Assembly (NCBI GenBank): GCA_964533825.1
Contig: CAZHMU010000001.1
Location: 103,978-167,977 of the forward strand
From: an uncultured Oscillospiraceae bacterium
GTDB taxonomy: Bacteria; Bacillota; Clostridia; Christensenellales; CAG-314
Direction: 5' to 3'
Length of the DNA stretch: 64,000 bases
The notes under the pieces were generated by a model, which was not told where the DNA came from, ran no database searches, and saw nothing but the letters and a program-made list of their open reading frames with translations. Positions 47,424-56,990 of the stretch are shown here, in pieces (the first letter of the stretch is position 1; the number at the start of each line of letters is the position of its first letter). Both the position numbers and the translations under genes were made by a program.

Positions 47424-47430
47424 TATTATG
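47424..47430 (-). promoter_or_regulatory. Possible forespore-type -10 element upstream of spoIVB
   Basis: Minus strand reads CATAATA ~70 nt upstream of the ATG. No convincing -35. Confidence 0.25.
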
Positions 47431-47666
47431 TTTGTCATAGTAATCTAAAATTGACTCAATTTTGATATTGTAGACAAAATTTTTGTTATTTTTGAGGAAA
47501 ATTTTGGAGACTCCGATACAATTTAGCGAACACATCCAATTGGTTGCATTAAGTGGGATTGCGAAAAATACATAGTAAAATTTTGTGCATTACATCTGTC
47601 TTAATGGGGGCGCCATAGTGATTAGGAGAACGCAGCTCCGCTACTTTTTACACATTGGAAATATAC

Positions 47667-47705
47667 AAAAAAACAAGATACCAAATGAAGGTATCTTGCT
47701 TTTTC
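47667..47705. terminator. Bidirectional terminator downstream of smc
   Basis: CAAGATACC / GGTATCTTG hairpin flanked by A7 and T5 runs. Confidence 0.75.
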
Positions 47706-47731
47706 GATTATGTAATTTTGATAAAAATCAG

Positions 47732-47761
47732 TTTAGCTACTCACAATTTAGTTACTTGCAA
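47732..47761. repeat. Tandem 15-mer repeat in the smc 3' untranslated region
   Basis: TTTAGCTACTCACAA / TTTAGTTACTTGCAA (12/15 identical), followed by a degenerate third unit. The 9-mer TACTCACAA recurs at 47871-47879. Confidence 0.5.
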
Positions 47762-47883
47762 TTTATTCGAACCGCTTGATATCCTGATTTATAACCAAGC
47801 TGATTCAATTATTTACGCTTGAGCTCGTTAGAGCAAAGCCCACCATTATCAAACTGCAGTAACGTATTTATTACTCACAAACA

Positions 47884-50800
47884 CTACATTGCTTGCTTGA
47901 TAGCTTCGGTAAGTTTTACAGAAACAATCTTGGATACGCCCTTTTCTTCCATAGTTACGCCGTACAAAACATCGGCATTTTCCATTGTGGGCTTTTTGTG
48001 CGTGATAACAACAAACTGGGTTGAAGATGAGAATTTGCGCAAGAACTTGGATACACGTTCCGCATTGGCATCGTCCAAAGGCGCTTCAATTTCGTCCAGT
48101 ACGCAGAAAGGCATTGGATTGTACTTCAAAATACTAAACAAGATCGCAACAGATGTCATTGTGCGTTCGCCACCAGACAAAAGGGAGATGTTTTGCAACT
48201 TCTTTCCTGGGGGTTGCGCCTCGATTTCGACACCGTAATCCAGTGATGACTTGTTGGGGTCCTTGTCAACTGTCAGGCGAGCAAAACCACCGTTAAACAA
48301 CTCTCTAAATACCATCTTGAAGTTATCGTTGATTTGGCTCATACCTTCTTCAAAGCGAACTTCAATATCGGCCGTCAAACCTTTCAAAGCAGTTTTCAAG
48401 TCATCTTCAGCACGCTTTAGGTCGTCAATTTGACGCATATATTCATCGTAGCGTGTTTGGGTTTCGTTGAGTTCCTCGATAGCGTTTACGTTTACACTAC
48501 CCAAGCGTTGCAAGGATTGCTTAAGCTCTGCAATGGTATTTTTGCCACCTTCAAAGTCGTAGTCGTCAACCTTGTATTGCATTGCTGCGGAATAGGTAAC
48601 ACCATACTCTTGGAATACACGCTCTTGCAGTTGCATCAAATCGTCATCAATCTTGTTCAAAACGTAAGACTGGTGTTCAATAGAACCACGCAATGCTTCC
48701 AATTCGTTAGACAGCTGCATACGTCTATCAGTAAGCATTTGGAATTGCATTTCAATGTCCGCTTTGAGTTTATCAGTAGACTTGATTTGCTCGAGCAAAG
48801 TGGTCATTTCACCTTGAAGGGCAGCGTCTGTTGTGCTTTCGTTGAGTTTTTCGTACAAAATATCGATAGACGCACCCACTTGCGAGATGTAGTTTTGTTT
48901 GAGCTCGATTGTTTCGCGCAAAGACAAAATTTGCTTGTTATTTGCGTCAATTTCGCGATTGACGTTTTCGATGTTGGATGTCAAAACAGCCAAGCGATAA
49001 CGTTTTTCGGAAAGGGATTGTTGAACGCCGTCTCTTGCGAGCATTTCCGCGTCAAATGTCACGTCCATGCGAGAAATTTTGTCACGAAGCTTGTCTTCTG
49101 TCGCTTTGAGTTCTTCAATTTGGCTGTAAGCTTTTTCAATTTTGCGTTGCAAATCCGCCAAACGTTCGGAAATCTTCTCTTTGTCGTTGGAAAGACCCAA
49201 GATGTTTTTCTTGTCTGCACCACTCAAAGTGTTGGAGGTTTCAATTTTTTCACGACAGGTTGCAATGTCTACACTGACTGTACCAATTTGCGCGAGCAAT
49301 GCTGCGTGCGCTTGACGGCACTCTTGCAATTGCTTGTCCAACAATTTCTTTTGAGAGTCAGCTGCTTGCAAGTCTTTTTGTAGTTGCAAAAGTCTTTCAG
49401 TACGTTCTTCAATTTGAGTTTCTTGAGAAAGCAAACTTGTAGATTGTTTTTTGCTACTACCACCTTCCATAGAGCCGTCGTTGTTAATGCGCTCACCCGA
49501 CAATGTTACCATACGGTGAACATAACGATACTTTTTGGAAAGAGCAACAGCGTTATCAAAGGTATCGACAATAACAATGCCACCAAGAAGTGACTCAAAC
49601 ACATTTGAGTAATACTTATCGTATGAAATAAGCTCACTGGCAACACCAAGTACGCCCTTTTCCTTCAGTACGTCAGCACGGTCAATTCCGTGAGGTTTCA
49701 TTGAGGATACTGGCAGGAAAGTGGCTCTGCCGTAGTCGTTGATTTTGAGATAGTTGATGAGATATTTTACATCGTCTTCATTTTTAGTGACAATGTTTTG
49801 CAAACGCCCGCCAAGGGCTGTTTCGATGGCTACGCGCAACTTTTGCTCAACTTTAATAAGGTTTGCAACTACACCACAAATATGGGAGTTAAGCTGACTA
49901 TCAGTTTTGGCATCTTGCATCAAGTTTTGGATACAAGAGTTGTAACCACGGTAGCTTGAAACAAACTCTTTGAGCATATCAATACCGCCCTTTTCGCTTG
50001 AATAAGCTTGTTGCTTGCGTTGCAGTTCGGTATTCAAATTGAATTGTTGATACTCCAAATCCTTGATTTGTTGTTTGAGTTGTTGAGCTTGTTTTTCCAA
50101 CTCGTCCTTGAGTTTGCGAAGTTCGTCATACTTGGCAACCAAATCGCCTTCTTCGCCAGCACTCTCTTTTAGACGGAGAGAAAGCTCCTGCTCCTTTTCG
50201 GAAATTTCAACAAGGCGTTCGGACAAAGTTTTTGCTTCAGCTTCAAAACCTGTGAGAGCACTTTTTTGTGCGGCTGATGAAGACATTACTTGCTCAAGCT
50301 TTGCACGAAGCGCATCCAAATCACGTTTGAAATCGTCAACACGACGAGAAATAGCTGCATATTTATCAGCGGTTTGCAAAATTTCATTTTGCAGTTGGTC
50401 GCGCTCATCAGTACGACGAGCAATTGTGCCTTTGAGTTGGTCGTTTGTGGCAATTAGCTTGTCAATTTCGGCACTGGCATCAACAATTTGTTGTTCGGTT
50501 GTTTGCACTTCACGTTTCAAATTGTTGATTCTTTCACGCACCAAGTTCTTTTCGCCAGAGTTGCGTTCTACTTCGACAGCCAAAGCTACTTGTTTGTCAC
50601 GAAGTGCAGCAATTTCCGCATCGATACTGTTTCGTCTGTGGAAAACGTCGTCAAATTGCTCGTTAATTTCGGCATACAAAATTTCTTTGTGAGCTTGCTC
50701 TTCCTTGAGACCGTCCAACTTTTTGCGACAATCATCCTTTTGTTGGCTAGCATTGTCGTAACTGTAGATGTATGCATTGATTTCGTGATGTTTGAGTTGA

Positions 50801-51462
50801 TTGTACAGGTCAATATACTTTTTAGCGTTTGTAGATTGACGCTTGAGTTCCGGCAAACGGCGCTTGATTTCCTCAACGATAATCATCAAATTGTCCATAT
50901 TGAGGCGTGTCTTTTCCAACTTACGCTCAGTTTCCACCTTTTTAACACGGAAGGTAGAAATACCCAAAGCTTCTTCGAAGATGGCACGACGGTCCTCTGG
51001 CTTGGCGTTCAAGATGGCATCCATACGGCCTTGACCGACAATAGAATAGCCCTCTTTACCAAGACCTACGCCACGCAAAAGCTCCTTGATGTCCATCAAA
51101 CGTACAACGTTTCGGTTCAAAAGGTATTCGCTTTCGTTGTTGCGGTAAAGCTTACGGCTTATGATAACTTCGTCCATAGGCAATGGGAAAATACGTGTAG
51201 TATTGTCCATATAAAGAGACACTTCGCAATAACTCATTGACTTACGAGAGTCAGTTCCGCTAAAAATCAGGTCTTGCATCAGCTTACCACGAAGGTTTTT
51301 GGTGCTTTGTTCACCAAGTACCCAGCGGATAGCATCGGAAATATTACTCTTACCACAGCCGTTTGGACCAACGATTGCCGTGATAGGTTGATCAAATTTT
51401 AACTCTACTTTGTCGGCAAAACTTTTGAAACCGTACATTTCGACTTTTTTCAAGTATAGCAC
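47884..51462 (-). CDS. smc: Chromosome segregation protein SMC
   Basis: Walker A GPNGCGKSN, long coiled coils with a hinge, LSGGE signature, Walker B CVLDEIEAPLD. The GTG start overlaps the rnc stop (TAGTG). Confidence 0.96.
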   Translation of the reverse strand: MLYLKKVEMYGFKSFADKVELKFDQPITAIVGPNGCGKSNISDAIRWVLGEQSTKNLRGKLMQDLIFSGTDSRKSMSYCEVSLYMDNTTRIFPLPMDEVIISRKLYRNNESEYLLNRNVVRLMDIKELLRGVGLGKEGYSIVGQGRMDAILNAKPEDRRAIFEEALGISTFRVKKVETERKLEKTRLNMDNLMIIVEEIKRRLPELKRQSTNAKKYIDLYNQLKHHEINAYIYSYDNASQQKDDCRKKLDGLKEEQAHKEILYAEINEQFDDVFHRRNSIDAEIAALRDKQVALAVEVERNSGEKNLVRERINNLKREVQTTEQQIVDASAEIDKLIATNDQLKGTIARRTDERDQLQNEILQTADKYAAISRRVDDFKRDLDALRAKLEQVMSSSAAQKSALTGFEAEAKTLSERLVEISEKEQELSLRLKESAGEEGDLVAKYDELRKLKDELEKQAQQLKQQIKDLEYQQFNLNTELQRKQQAYSSEKGGIDMLKEFVSSYRGYNSCIQNLMQDAKTDSQLNSHICGVVANLIKVEQKLRVAIETALGGRLQNIVTKNEDDVKYLINYLKINDYGRATFLPVSSMKPHGIDRADVLKEKGVLGVASELISYDKYYSNVFESLLGGIVIVDTFDNAVALSKKYRYVHRMVTLSGERINNDGSMEGGSSKKQSTSLLSQETQIEERTERLLQLQKDLQAADSQKKLLDKQLQECRQAHAALLAQIGTVSVDIATCREKIETSNTLSGADKKNILGLSNDKEKISERLADLQRKIEKAYSQIEELKATEDKLRDKISRMDVTFDAEMLARDGVQQSLSEKRYRLAVLTSNIENVNREIDANNKQILSLRETIELKQNYISQVGASIDILYEKLNESTTDAALQGEMTTLLEQIKSTDKLKADIEMQFQMLTDRRMQLSNELEALRGSIEHQSYVLNKIDDDLMQLQERVFQEYGVTYSAAMQYKVDDYDFEGGKNTIAELKQSLQRLGSVNVNAIEELNETQTRYDEYMRQIDDLKRAEDDLKTALKGLTADIEVRFEEGMSQINDNFKMVFRELFNGGFARLTVDKDPNKSSLDYGVEIEAQPPGKKLQNISLLSGGERTMTSVAILFSILKYNPMPFCVLDEIEAPLDDANAERVSKFLRKFSSSTQFVVITHKKPTMENADVLYGVTMEEKGVSKIVSVKLTEAIKQAM

Positions 51463-52139
51463 TACTCAATTCTCCATTTAGTACAGTATTTCTTTGCTGC
51501 GTCTTGTTGAGCAGCCTTTTTGGACAGGCCACTACCTTCGCAACAGAATTCGTCATTTATATACAGTGCAAATATAAACACTGGCTTGTTTTGTGGTCCG
51601 CTTTGGCTCACAAATTTGTAAGCAACAGTCCACTTGCGCGCCTGACAATACTCTTGCAGAGGCGTTTTATAGTCTTTACTGCCTCCTTCCAAAACACGAT
51701 TTTCCAACAAGTGTTTCAAGAAGTGCAAAACGTATCGTTCTGCCTCGCGATAACCGCCATCCAAATAGATTGCTCCAAGGATAGACTCAAACAAGTCTGC
51801 TTCAATCTTCTTACCAAGGCGTTTGATTACGTCAGTGCCATCGGCCACAAGCAGATACTTCAACAAGCCCATTTCGCGCATTACAGGCTTTAAGCCTTGT
51901 GACGACACAATGGTTGCACGTAACTTTGTAAGATCACCAGCATCCAAATTTGGGTAGGAATTGTAAATGTAATCAGAAACAATTTCGTCCAAAATTGCAT
52001 CACCCAAAAATTCCATACGGTCATTATCTAACATACCAGAGATGTGTCCATAAGATGGATGTGTAAATGCTTGGATGAGCAAGCTCTTATTCTTAAATGT
52101 GTAATTTATGATATTTTCAATTGCTCGAATGTCGATCAT
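51462..52139 (-). CDS. rnc: Ribonuclease III
   Basis: RNase III signature DRMEFLGDAIL plus a C-terminal dsRBD. Confidence 0.95.
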   Translation of the reverse strand: MIDIRAIENIINYTFKNKSLLIQAFTHPSYGHISGMLDNDRMEFLGDAILDEIVSDYIYNSYPNLDAGDLTKLRATIVSSQGLKPVMREMGLLKYLLVADGTDVIKRLGKKIEADLFESILGAIYLDGGYREAERYVLHFLKHLLENRVLEGGSKDYKTPLQEYCQARKWTVAYKFVSQSGPQNKPVFIFALYINDEFCCEGSGLSKKAAQQDAAKKYCTKWRIE

Positions 52140-52307
52140 GTTTCACTTCCATATGCGTTTGTAGTTACAACAAAATGCACCCTTATCGGCATCTCGTCAT
52201 AACTTTTCAAAAGGCAGGTTACTGCTCCCTCGAACTGTCAAAGTGAGCTGAGATTGACACAAACTACACACTTGCGCAATTCGCGATACTTGCCATTTTA
52301 TCTATAT

Positions 52308-52336
52308 ATTATATACCTATTGGCCACTTTTGGCAA
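52308..52336 (-). promoter_or_regulatory. sigma-A type promoter upstream of rnc
   Basis: Minus strand reads TTGCCA - 17 nt - TATAAT, implying a leader of ~165 nt. Confidence 0.55.
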
Positions 52337-52403
52337 TAGATTGGAGCAATAAAAGTGAATTGTTTCACAAAACTAACACTTTTATAGCAAATGTTTCACG
52401 GCA

Positions 52404-52430
52404 TAAAAAACCACCGACAAACATCGGTGG
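52404..52430 (-). terminator. Terminator of rpmF
   Basis: CCACCGA..TCGGTGG hairpin followed on the minus strand by TTTTTTT. Confidence 0.8.
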
Positions 52431-52468
52431 TTAATCATTTTACCAAATGGTATTTTTGATAGAGTCGA

Positions 52469-52657
52469 TTATTTGTTGTCTGCTGTTACTTCAACAACTT
52501 GTTTGCCATCATAGTAGCCACAAGAATCACAAACTTTGTGAGCAACCTTGAGTTCGTGGCATTGAGGACATTCTACCAAAGTTGGAGCAGTTGCTGTCCA
52601 GTTAGCTGCTCTTGTGTGTTTTCTTTGTTTAGATGTTTTTCTCTTGGGTACTGCCAT
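52469..52657 (-). CDS. rpmF: 50S ribosomal protein L32
   Basis: MAVPKRKTSK start and CPQC...CDSC zinc ribbon. GGAGGTG RBS. Confidence 0.93.
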   Translation of the reverse strand: MAVPKRKTSKQRKHTRAANWTATAPTLVECPQCHELKVAHKVCDSCGYYDGKQVVEVTADNK

Positions 52658-52672
52658 TGTGATGCACCTCCG

Positions 52673-53176
52673 TTAGAATTTTAGATTTTTTAGTACAGAA
52701 AAAGCGTTGTCAGGTGTGGTGTCGCAACTGCACGTTTGTTTGTTCAAGTCTGTACCACACTTGTGACACAAGCCTTTGCAATCTTCCTTGCATAAAAAGC
52801 TCAATGGAAGGGACAACACAATTTCGTCACACACGGCTCTGGTTACGTCTAACTTACTACCCGAGTAAACGTACGCATCCTCGTCCGTTGCGCTATCTTT
52901 GTAAAATGTTTGTTCAAAAGGTAAATAGATTTGCTTGGAGACACTTGTCAAACAGCGGTCGCAAACACCTTCGATAAAGCAAGTGATTTCCCCTTCGATA
53001 AATATGTTTGGATTTTCAAACGTAACATCAAAGTCCACTACTACTTTGGGCAAAGTTGCTTGTGGATATGACAACAAGTCTTCTTGCGGAACAAATTGTC
53101 CTTCAAAAACCAGTGGCTCGCCCACATTTGCAAAGTTTTCCGTCAAATCAATTACAATTTTACTATGCACAGCCAT
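52673..53176 (-). CDS. YceD/YlbN family (DUF177) ribosome maturation protein
   Basis: DUF177 architecture with a C-terminal CxxC..CxxC. Immediately upstream of rpmF, as is usual. Confidence 0.85.
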   Translation of the reverse strand: MAVHSKIVIDLTENFANVGEPLVFEGQFVPQEDLLSYPQATLPKVVVDFDVTFENPNIFIEGEITCFIEGVCDRCLTSVSKQIYLPFEQTFYKDSATDEDAYVYSGSKLDVTRAVCDEIVLSLPLSFLCKEDCKGLCHKCGTDLNKQTCSCDTTPDNAFSVLKNLKF

Positions 53177-53210
53177 TATTATACTAATTTATCAAAGTTT
53201 TGTCAACGAT

Positions 53211-54416
53211 TTAAGCCAACTTTGCAACAGCCATTGTTTCACGAGCTATTACAACTTCTTCGTTGGTTGGGATTACAAGAATTTTAACTCGAGAATCGTC
53301 TGCTTGGATTTCTGCAATAGCACCACGTGGGCAGTTTGCGTTCTTTTCAGGGTCAAGTTTGATACCAAGGTAATCCATGTTTGCTAAAGTTCTTTGACGA
53401 ACGTCAGCATCGTTTTCACCAACACCAGCGGTAAATACAACAACGTCAACGCCGTTCAAAGCAGCTGCGTATGCGCCAACGTACTTTTTGGTGCCATAAG
53501 CAAATACGTCCAAAGCAAGGTTTGCGCGATAGTTGCCTTCGTCTGCAGCCTTTGCCAAATCTCTAAAGTCACTGCTTACGCCAGAAAGACCAAGCATGCC
53601 GCACTTTTTGTTGAGATATGTCAAAGTTTCGGAAATGTTCATACCTTCCTTGCGTCCGATGTACTCTGCTGCAGCATAGTCGATATCGCCACTGCGTGTA
53701 CCCATTGCAACACCGGCAAGAGGAGTGAAGCCCATGGATGTGTCAATGCACTTTCCGCCATCAACTGCTGTGATGGAAGAACCGTTACCAAGGTGGCAGG
53801 TGATGATTTTGAGAGTTTCAATATCCTTGCCAAGGTATTTAGCAGCTTCTTGAGCTACAAACTTGTGACTTGTGCCGTGTGCGCCATAACGACGAATCTT
53901 GTACTTTTCGTAGTGAGCGTAGTCAACAGCGTACATATAGGCATAATCAGGCATTGTAAAGTGGAAACCTGTGTCAAAAACAAGTACCATTGGTGTGTTT
54001 GGCATTTGAGCAAGGCAAGCGTTTACTCCAACGATTGCTGCTGGGTTGTGCAAAGGAGCCAGATCCTTGATTTCCTCCATCAACACCATTGCTTCGGGTG
54101 TTACCAATGTGGGAACTTTGAAAGCTTCGCCAGATGCCACAACGCGGTGACCGACACCATCAATTTCTTCCATAGATGCAATAACCCCAACTTCAGCATC
54201 GGTCAACTTGTCCAAAACAAGCTTAACTGCAACGTTATGGTTAGGCATATCTACAAGTTGCTCAATGGTTTTGCCGTGAGCTTTGTAAACAAAGTTAGAG
54301 TTTTCAATACCGATACGTTCGCAAATACCTTTTGCAAGAACGCTTTCGTCTTTCATATCAATGAGTTGGTATTTCAAAGAAGAACTACCAGAGTTGATTA
54401 CCAAAATTTTACTCAT
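53211..54416 (-). CDS. ackA: Acetate kinase
   Basis: MSKILVINSGSSSLKYQL N-terminus, full length. Confidence 0.96.
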   Translation of the reverse strand: MSKILVINSGSSSLKYQLIDMKDESVLAKGICERIGIENSNFVYKAHGKTIEQLVDMPNHNVAVKLVLDKLTDAEVGVIASMEEIDGVGHRVVASGEAFKVPTLVTPEAMVLMEEIKDLAPLHNPAAIVGVNACLAQMPNTPMVLVFDTGFHFTMPDYAYMYAVDYAHYEKYKIRRYGAHGTSHKFVAQEAAKYLGKDIETLKIITCHLGNGSSITAVDGGKCIDTSMGFTPLAGVAMGTRSGDIDYAAAEYIGRKEGMNISETLTYLNKKCGMLGLSGVSSDFRDLAKAADEGNYRANLALDVFAYGTKKYVGAYAAALNGVDVVVFTAGVGENDADVRQRTLANMDYLGIKLDPEKNANCPRGAIAEIQADDSRVKILVIPTNEEVVIARETMAVAKLA

Positions 54417-54425
54417 ATTTATCTC

Positions 54426-55418
54426 CTAAAATTGTGTTTGAAGTGCTGTAATTGCTACGCAAGCAACGATATCTCCTGTATTGCAACCACGAGAAAGGTC
54501 GTTCATTGGTTTTGCGAAGCCTTGACAGATTGGGCCAAAAGCCATAAAGCCACCAAGACGCTCGGCAATTTTGTAACCGATGTTAGCAGATTGCAAATCA
54601 GGGAATACAAATACGTTAGCGTGACCGGCAACGGGGCTACCTTTTGCTTTCATTTCGCCAACAGATGGAACGATTGCTGCGTCAAATTGCAATTCGCCAT
54701 CAATCTTGAGATCTGGTGCTGTTTCTTGAGCAATGCGAGTTGCTTCGGCAACCATTGTAACGTTATCGTGCTTTGCACTACCCTTGGATGAGAAGGAAAG
54801 CATTGCAACTTTGGGGTCGATGCCAGCGATTGCTTTGGCGGACTTTGCAGTAGAGATTGCCAAGTCAGCAAGACCTTCGGATGTGTATGTTGGATTCAAA
54901 CCGCAGTCAGCAAATACTACCAAACCATCTGGGCAGTATTGGTTGCCTTGTGGCGGGCAGAGCAACATGAAGCTTGTAACAGCCTTTGCACCAGGAGCAG
55001 TTTTGATAATTTGAAGTCCTGGGCGGAGTGTGTTTGCTGTGGAGTGACAAGCACCAGAAACAAGACCGTCAACTTCGCCCAACTTGAGCATCATTGCCCC
55101 AAAGTAAGTGCCGTCTTTCAAGAGAGCTGCTGCTTGTTCTTCGGTCATACCTTTGCTCTTACGGAGTTCGCAAAGTTTTGCGATGTACTCGGGCAATTTT
55201 TCGCTTGTAAGGTTGTTTACGATTGTAACGCCAGTAAGATCAACGTCTGGGTTAGCTTGCGCGATGGCAACGGGATCGCCAATCAAAACGATTTTTGCAA
55301 TGCCTTCGCGAGTTGCATCTTGTGCTGCTCTAACTACACGACTGTCTTCGCCTTCGCAAAGAACGATTGTTTTTTGCAGTGCTGCTGCTTTTTGTTTGAT
55401 TTGTTGTAGAATGTCCAT
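54426..55418 (-). CDS. pta: Phosphate acetyltransferase
   Basis: Short (PTA_PTB-only) Pta, full-length similarity. AGGAGAA RBS. Confidence 0.95.
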   Translation of the reverse strand: MDILQQIKQKAAALQKTIVLCEGEDSRVVRAAQDATREGIAKIVLIGDPVAIAQANPDVDLTGVTIVNNLTSEKLPEYIAKLCELRKSKGMTEEQAAALLKDGTYFGAMMLKLGEVDGLVSGACHSTANTLRPGLQIIKTAPGAKAVTSFMLLCPPQGNQYCPDGLVVFADCGLNPTYTSEGLADLAISTAKSAKAIAGIDPKVAMLSFSSKGSAKHDNVTMVAEATRIAQETAPDLKIDGELQFDAAIVPSVGEMKAKGSPVAGHANVFVFPDLQSANIGYKIAERLGGFMAFGPICQGFAKPMNDLSRGCNTGDIVACVAITALQTQF

Positions 55419-55567
55419 GAGTTTTCTCCTTTAAGAACTGGGTATTTTTTGAAAAACACTTTATTTATTGCAAATTTCGGTGTATAATGGTTGAAAAAAC
55501 ATTGAAACACCATTCGCAAGGGATGTCGATTGCGATTTGTAAATTGCCACCAAATTTCCCAACAATG

Positions 55568-55596
55568 ATTATACCACAAGTATTTATTATTGTAAA
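55568..55596 (-). promoter_or_regulatory. sigma-A type promoter of pta-ackA
   Basis: Minus strand reads TTTACA - 17 nt - TATAAT. Confidence 0.5.
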
Positions 55597-55629
55597 CAAA
55601 AAAAGCGATAAATCAAAGGAAACAAAGTT

Positions 55630-56682
55630 ATGAAAATATCTGCAATCATTTGCGAATTTAACCCAATACACACCGGACACAAGCGACTTATCGACTACGC
55701 AAAGCGCCTAAGCGACAAAGTTGTGTGCATAATGAGTGGTAACTTTGTGCAACGTGGCATGCCTGCCTGCGTAGACAAGTTTGACAGAGCACGCCACGCA
55801 CTGCTTTGTGGCGCAGACTTGGTTGTTGAACTACCCACTATTTTTGCGACAGCATCAGCAGAAGACTTTGCCTATGGCGGAGTGAAAATTGCCAGTCAGC
55901 TTGGCGCAGATTACTTGGTGTTTGGCAGCGAGTGTGGCGACATCAACACCTTGCAACAGGTGGCTACATTGCTTGATGACGACCAAATCAACCAACAAAT
56001 ACAAGCACACCTTGCCAATGGATATAGTTATCCAAAGGCCGTCAGCCTTGCAGTAGGTGACCCAATTTTGGACAGCCCAAACAACACGCTTGCAATCGAA
56101 TACTTGCGCGCCATCAAAATGGTTGATAAAAAGATCACTCCACTTACAATCAACCGAGAGGACAACTACAACGGCGATGCAGTGGAATTTGCAGGCTCGT
56201 CAGCATTACGAAAAGATGTCAGCCTTCGCGAAAAGTTTACATTTGACTTTGTCGCGCAAGACATCGACGACACCATTGAGCAAAAGTATTGCCAATTTGC
56301 TTGCCACTACTTGGCAACAAAGGAGACTTACGACCTTGAAGAAATTGATGGCGTAATTGAAGGGCTGGAGCACAAAATTGTCAAAGCAGACAAGCACCTT
56401 GGGTATGATGCGATGATGGAACAAATCAAGAGCAAACGATACACTCGTGCAAAGTTGCAGCGAATAGTTTTGAAGTGCATCTTGGACATCAGGGAAGAAG
56501 ACTTGGACTACGCAAAACAAACTGATGTGCCAACAAAGGTGTTGGCAGTGAGAACATCAGCAACAACACTGCTACAACGTTGTGACGACCAAGACCACTA
56601 CTTAACCAAAATTGCCGACAGACTTTACCTGTCATTTAGCGGGAAGAAAGCTCCGCAAAAGTTGCAAAAGATTGACTTGTAA
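55630..56682 (+). CDS. tmcAL: tRNA(Met) cytidine acetate ligase (YlbM/UPF0348)
   Basis: Nucleotidyltransferase N-terminus ICEFNPIHTGH and family-typical remainder. ylb-cluster synteny. Confidence 0.85.
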   Translation: MKISAIICEFNPIHTGHKRLIDYAKRLSDKVVCIMSGNFVQRGMPACVDKFDRARHALLCGADLVVELPTIFATASAEDFAYGGVKIASQLGADYLVFGSECGDINTLQQVATLLDDDQINQQIQAHLANGYSYPKAVSLAVGDPILDSPNNTLAIEYLRAIKMVDKKITPLTINREDNYNGDAVEFAGSSALRKDVSLREKFTFDFVAQDIDDTIEQKYCQFACHYLATKETYDLEEIDGVIEGLEHKIVKADKHLGYDAMMEQIKSKRYTRAKLQRIVLKCILDIREEDLDYAKQTDVPTKVLAVRTSATTLLQRCDDQDHYLTKIADRLYLSFSGKKAPQKLQKIDL

Positions 56683-56825
56683 AATGATTCCCTAATTACA
56701 AGATTTACTCTGCGACAACTTACAAAACCTACTCGGATTGAAATGCAACCAGACAACCAATCATCTATTTGAGAGCAAACTACAACAAACTTGGTACACC
56801 CTTCAAAATAACAAGAGGCTTGATT

Positions 56826-56860
56826 TTACACTAAATCAAGCCTAATTTTTGGCGTTATTG
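56826..56860 (+). terminator. Terminator of tmcAL
   Basis: AGGCTTGATTT / AAATCAAGCCT 11-bp stem followed by AATTTTT. Confidence 0.75.
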
Positions 56861-56990
56861 ATATGCTATGTCTTACATAGTATTATACAAAATGATAATT
56901 TTCAGCATTGTGAGCAAAATTAGTCTACAATTTTAACAGTTTTGCCAATTCTGCGCGCATATTGATGCACCACATCCAATATTAAATATT

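Noticed and set aside
53394-54791. 465-codon + strand ORF antisense to ackA and pta. Similar cases occur at 31392-32588 (antisense to ispH-S1), 48430-49383 and 50488-51240 (antisense to smc), and 15690-16502 (antisense to rny).
   Set aside because: Same codon-bias artefact. They cross gene boundaries of well-supported genes, have Cys/Phe/Val-rich nonsense compositions, and have no start context.
56960-56990. Sigma-E-like -35 (GCATATT) upstream of ylbJ.
   Set aside because: The corresponding -10 (AATATTAA) matches the consensus at only 4/8 and would place the TSS on the start codon. This is not enough evidence.
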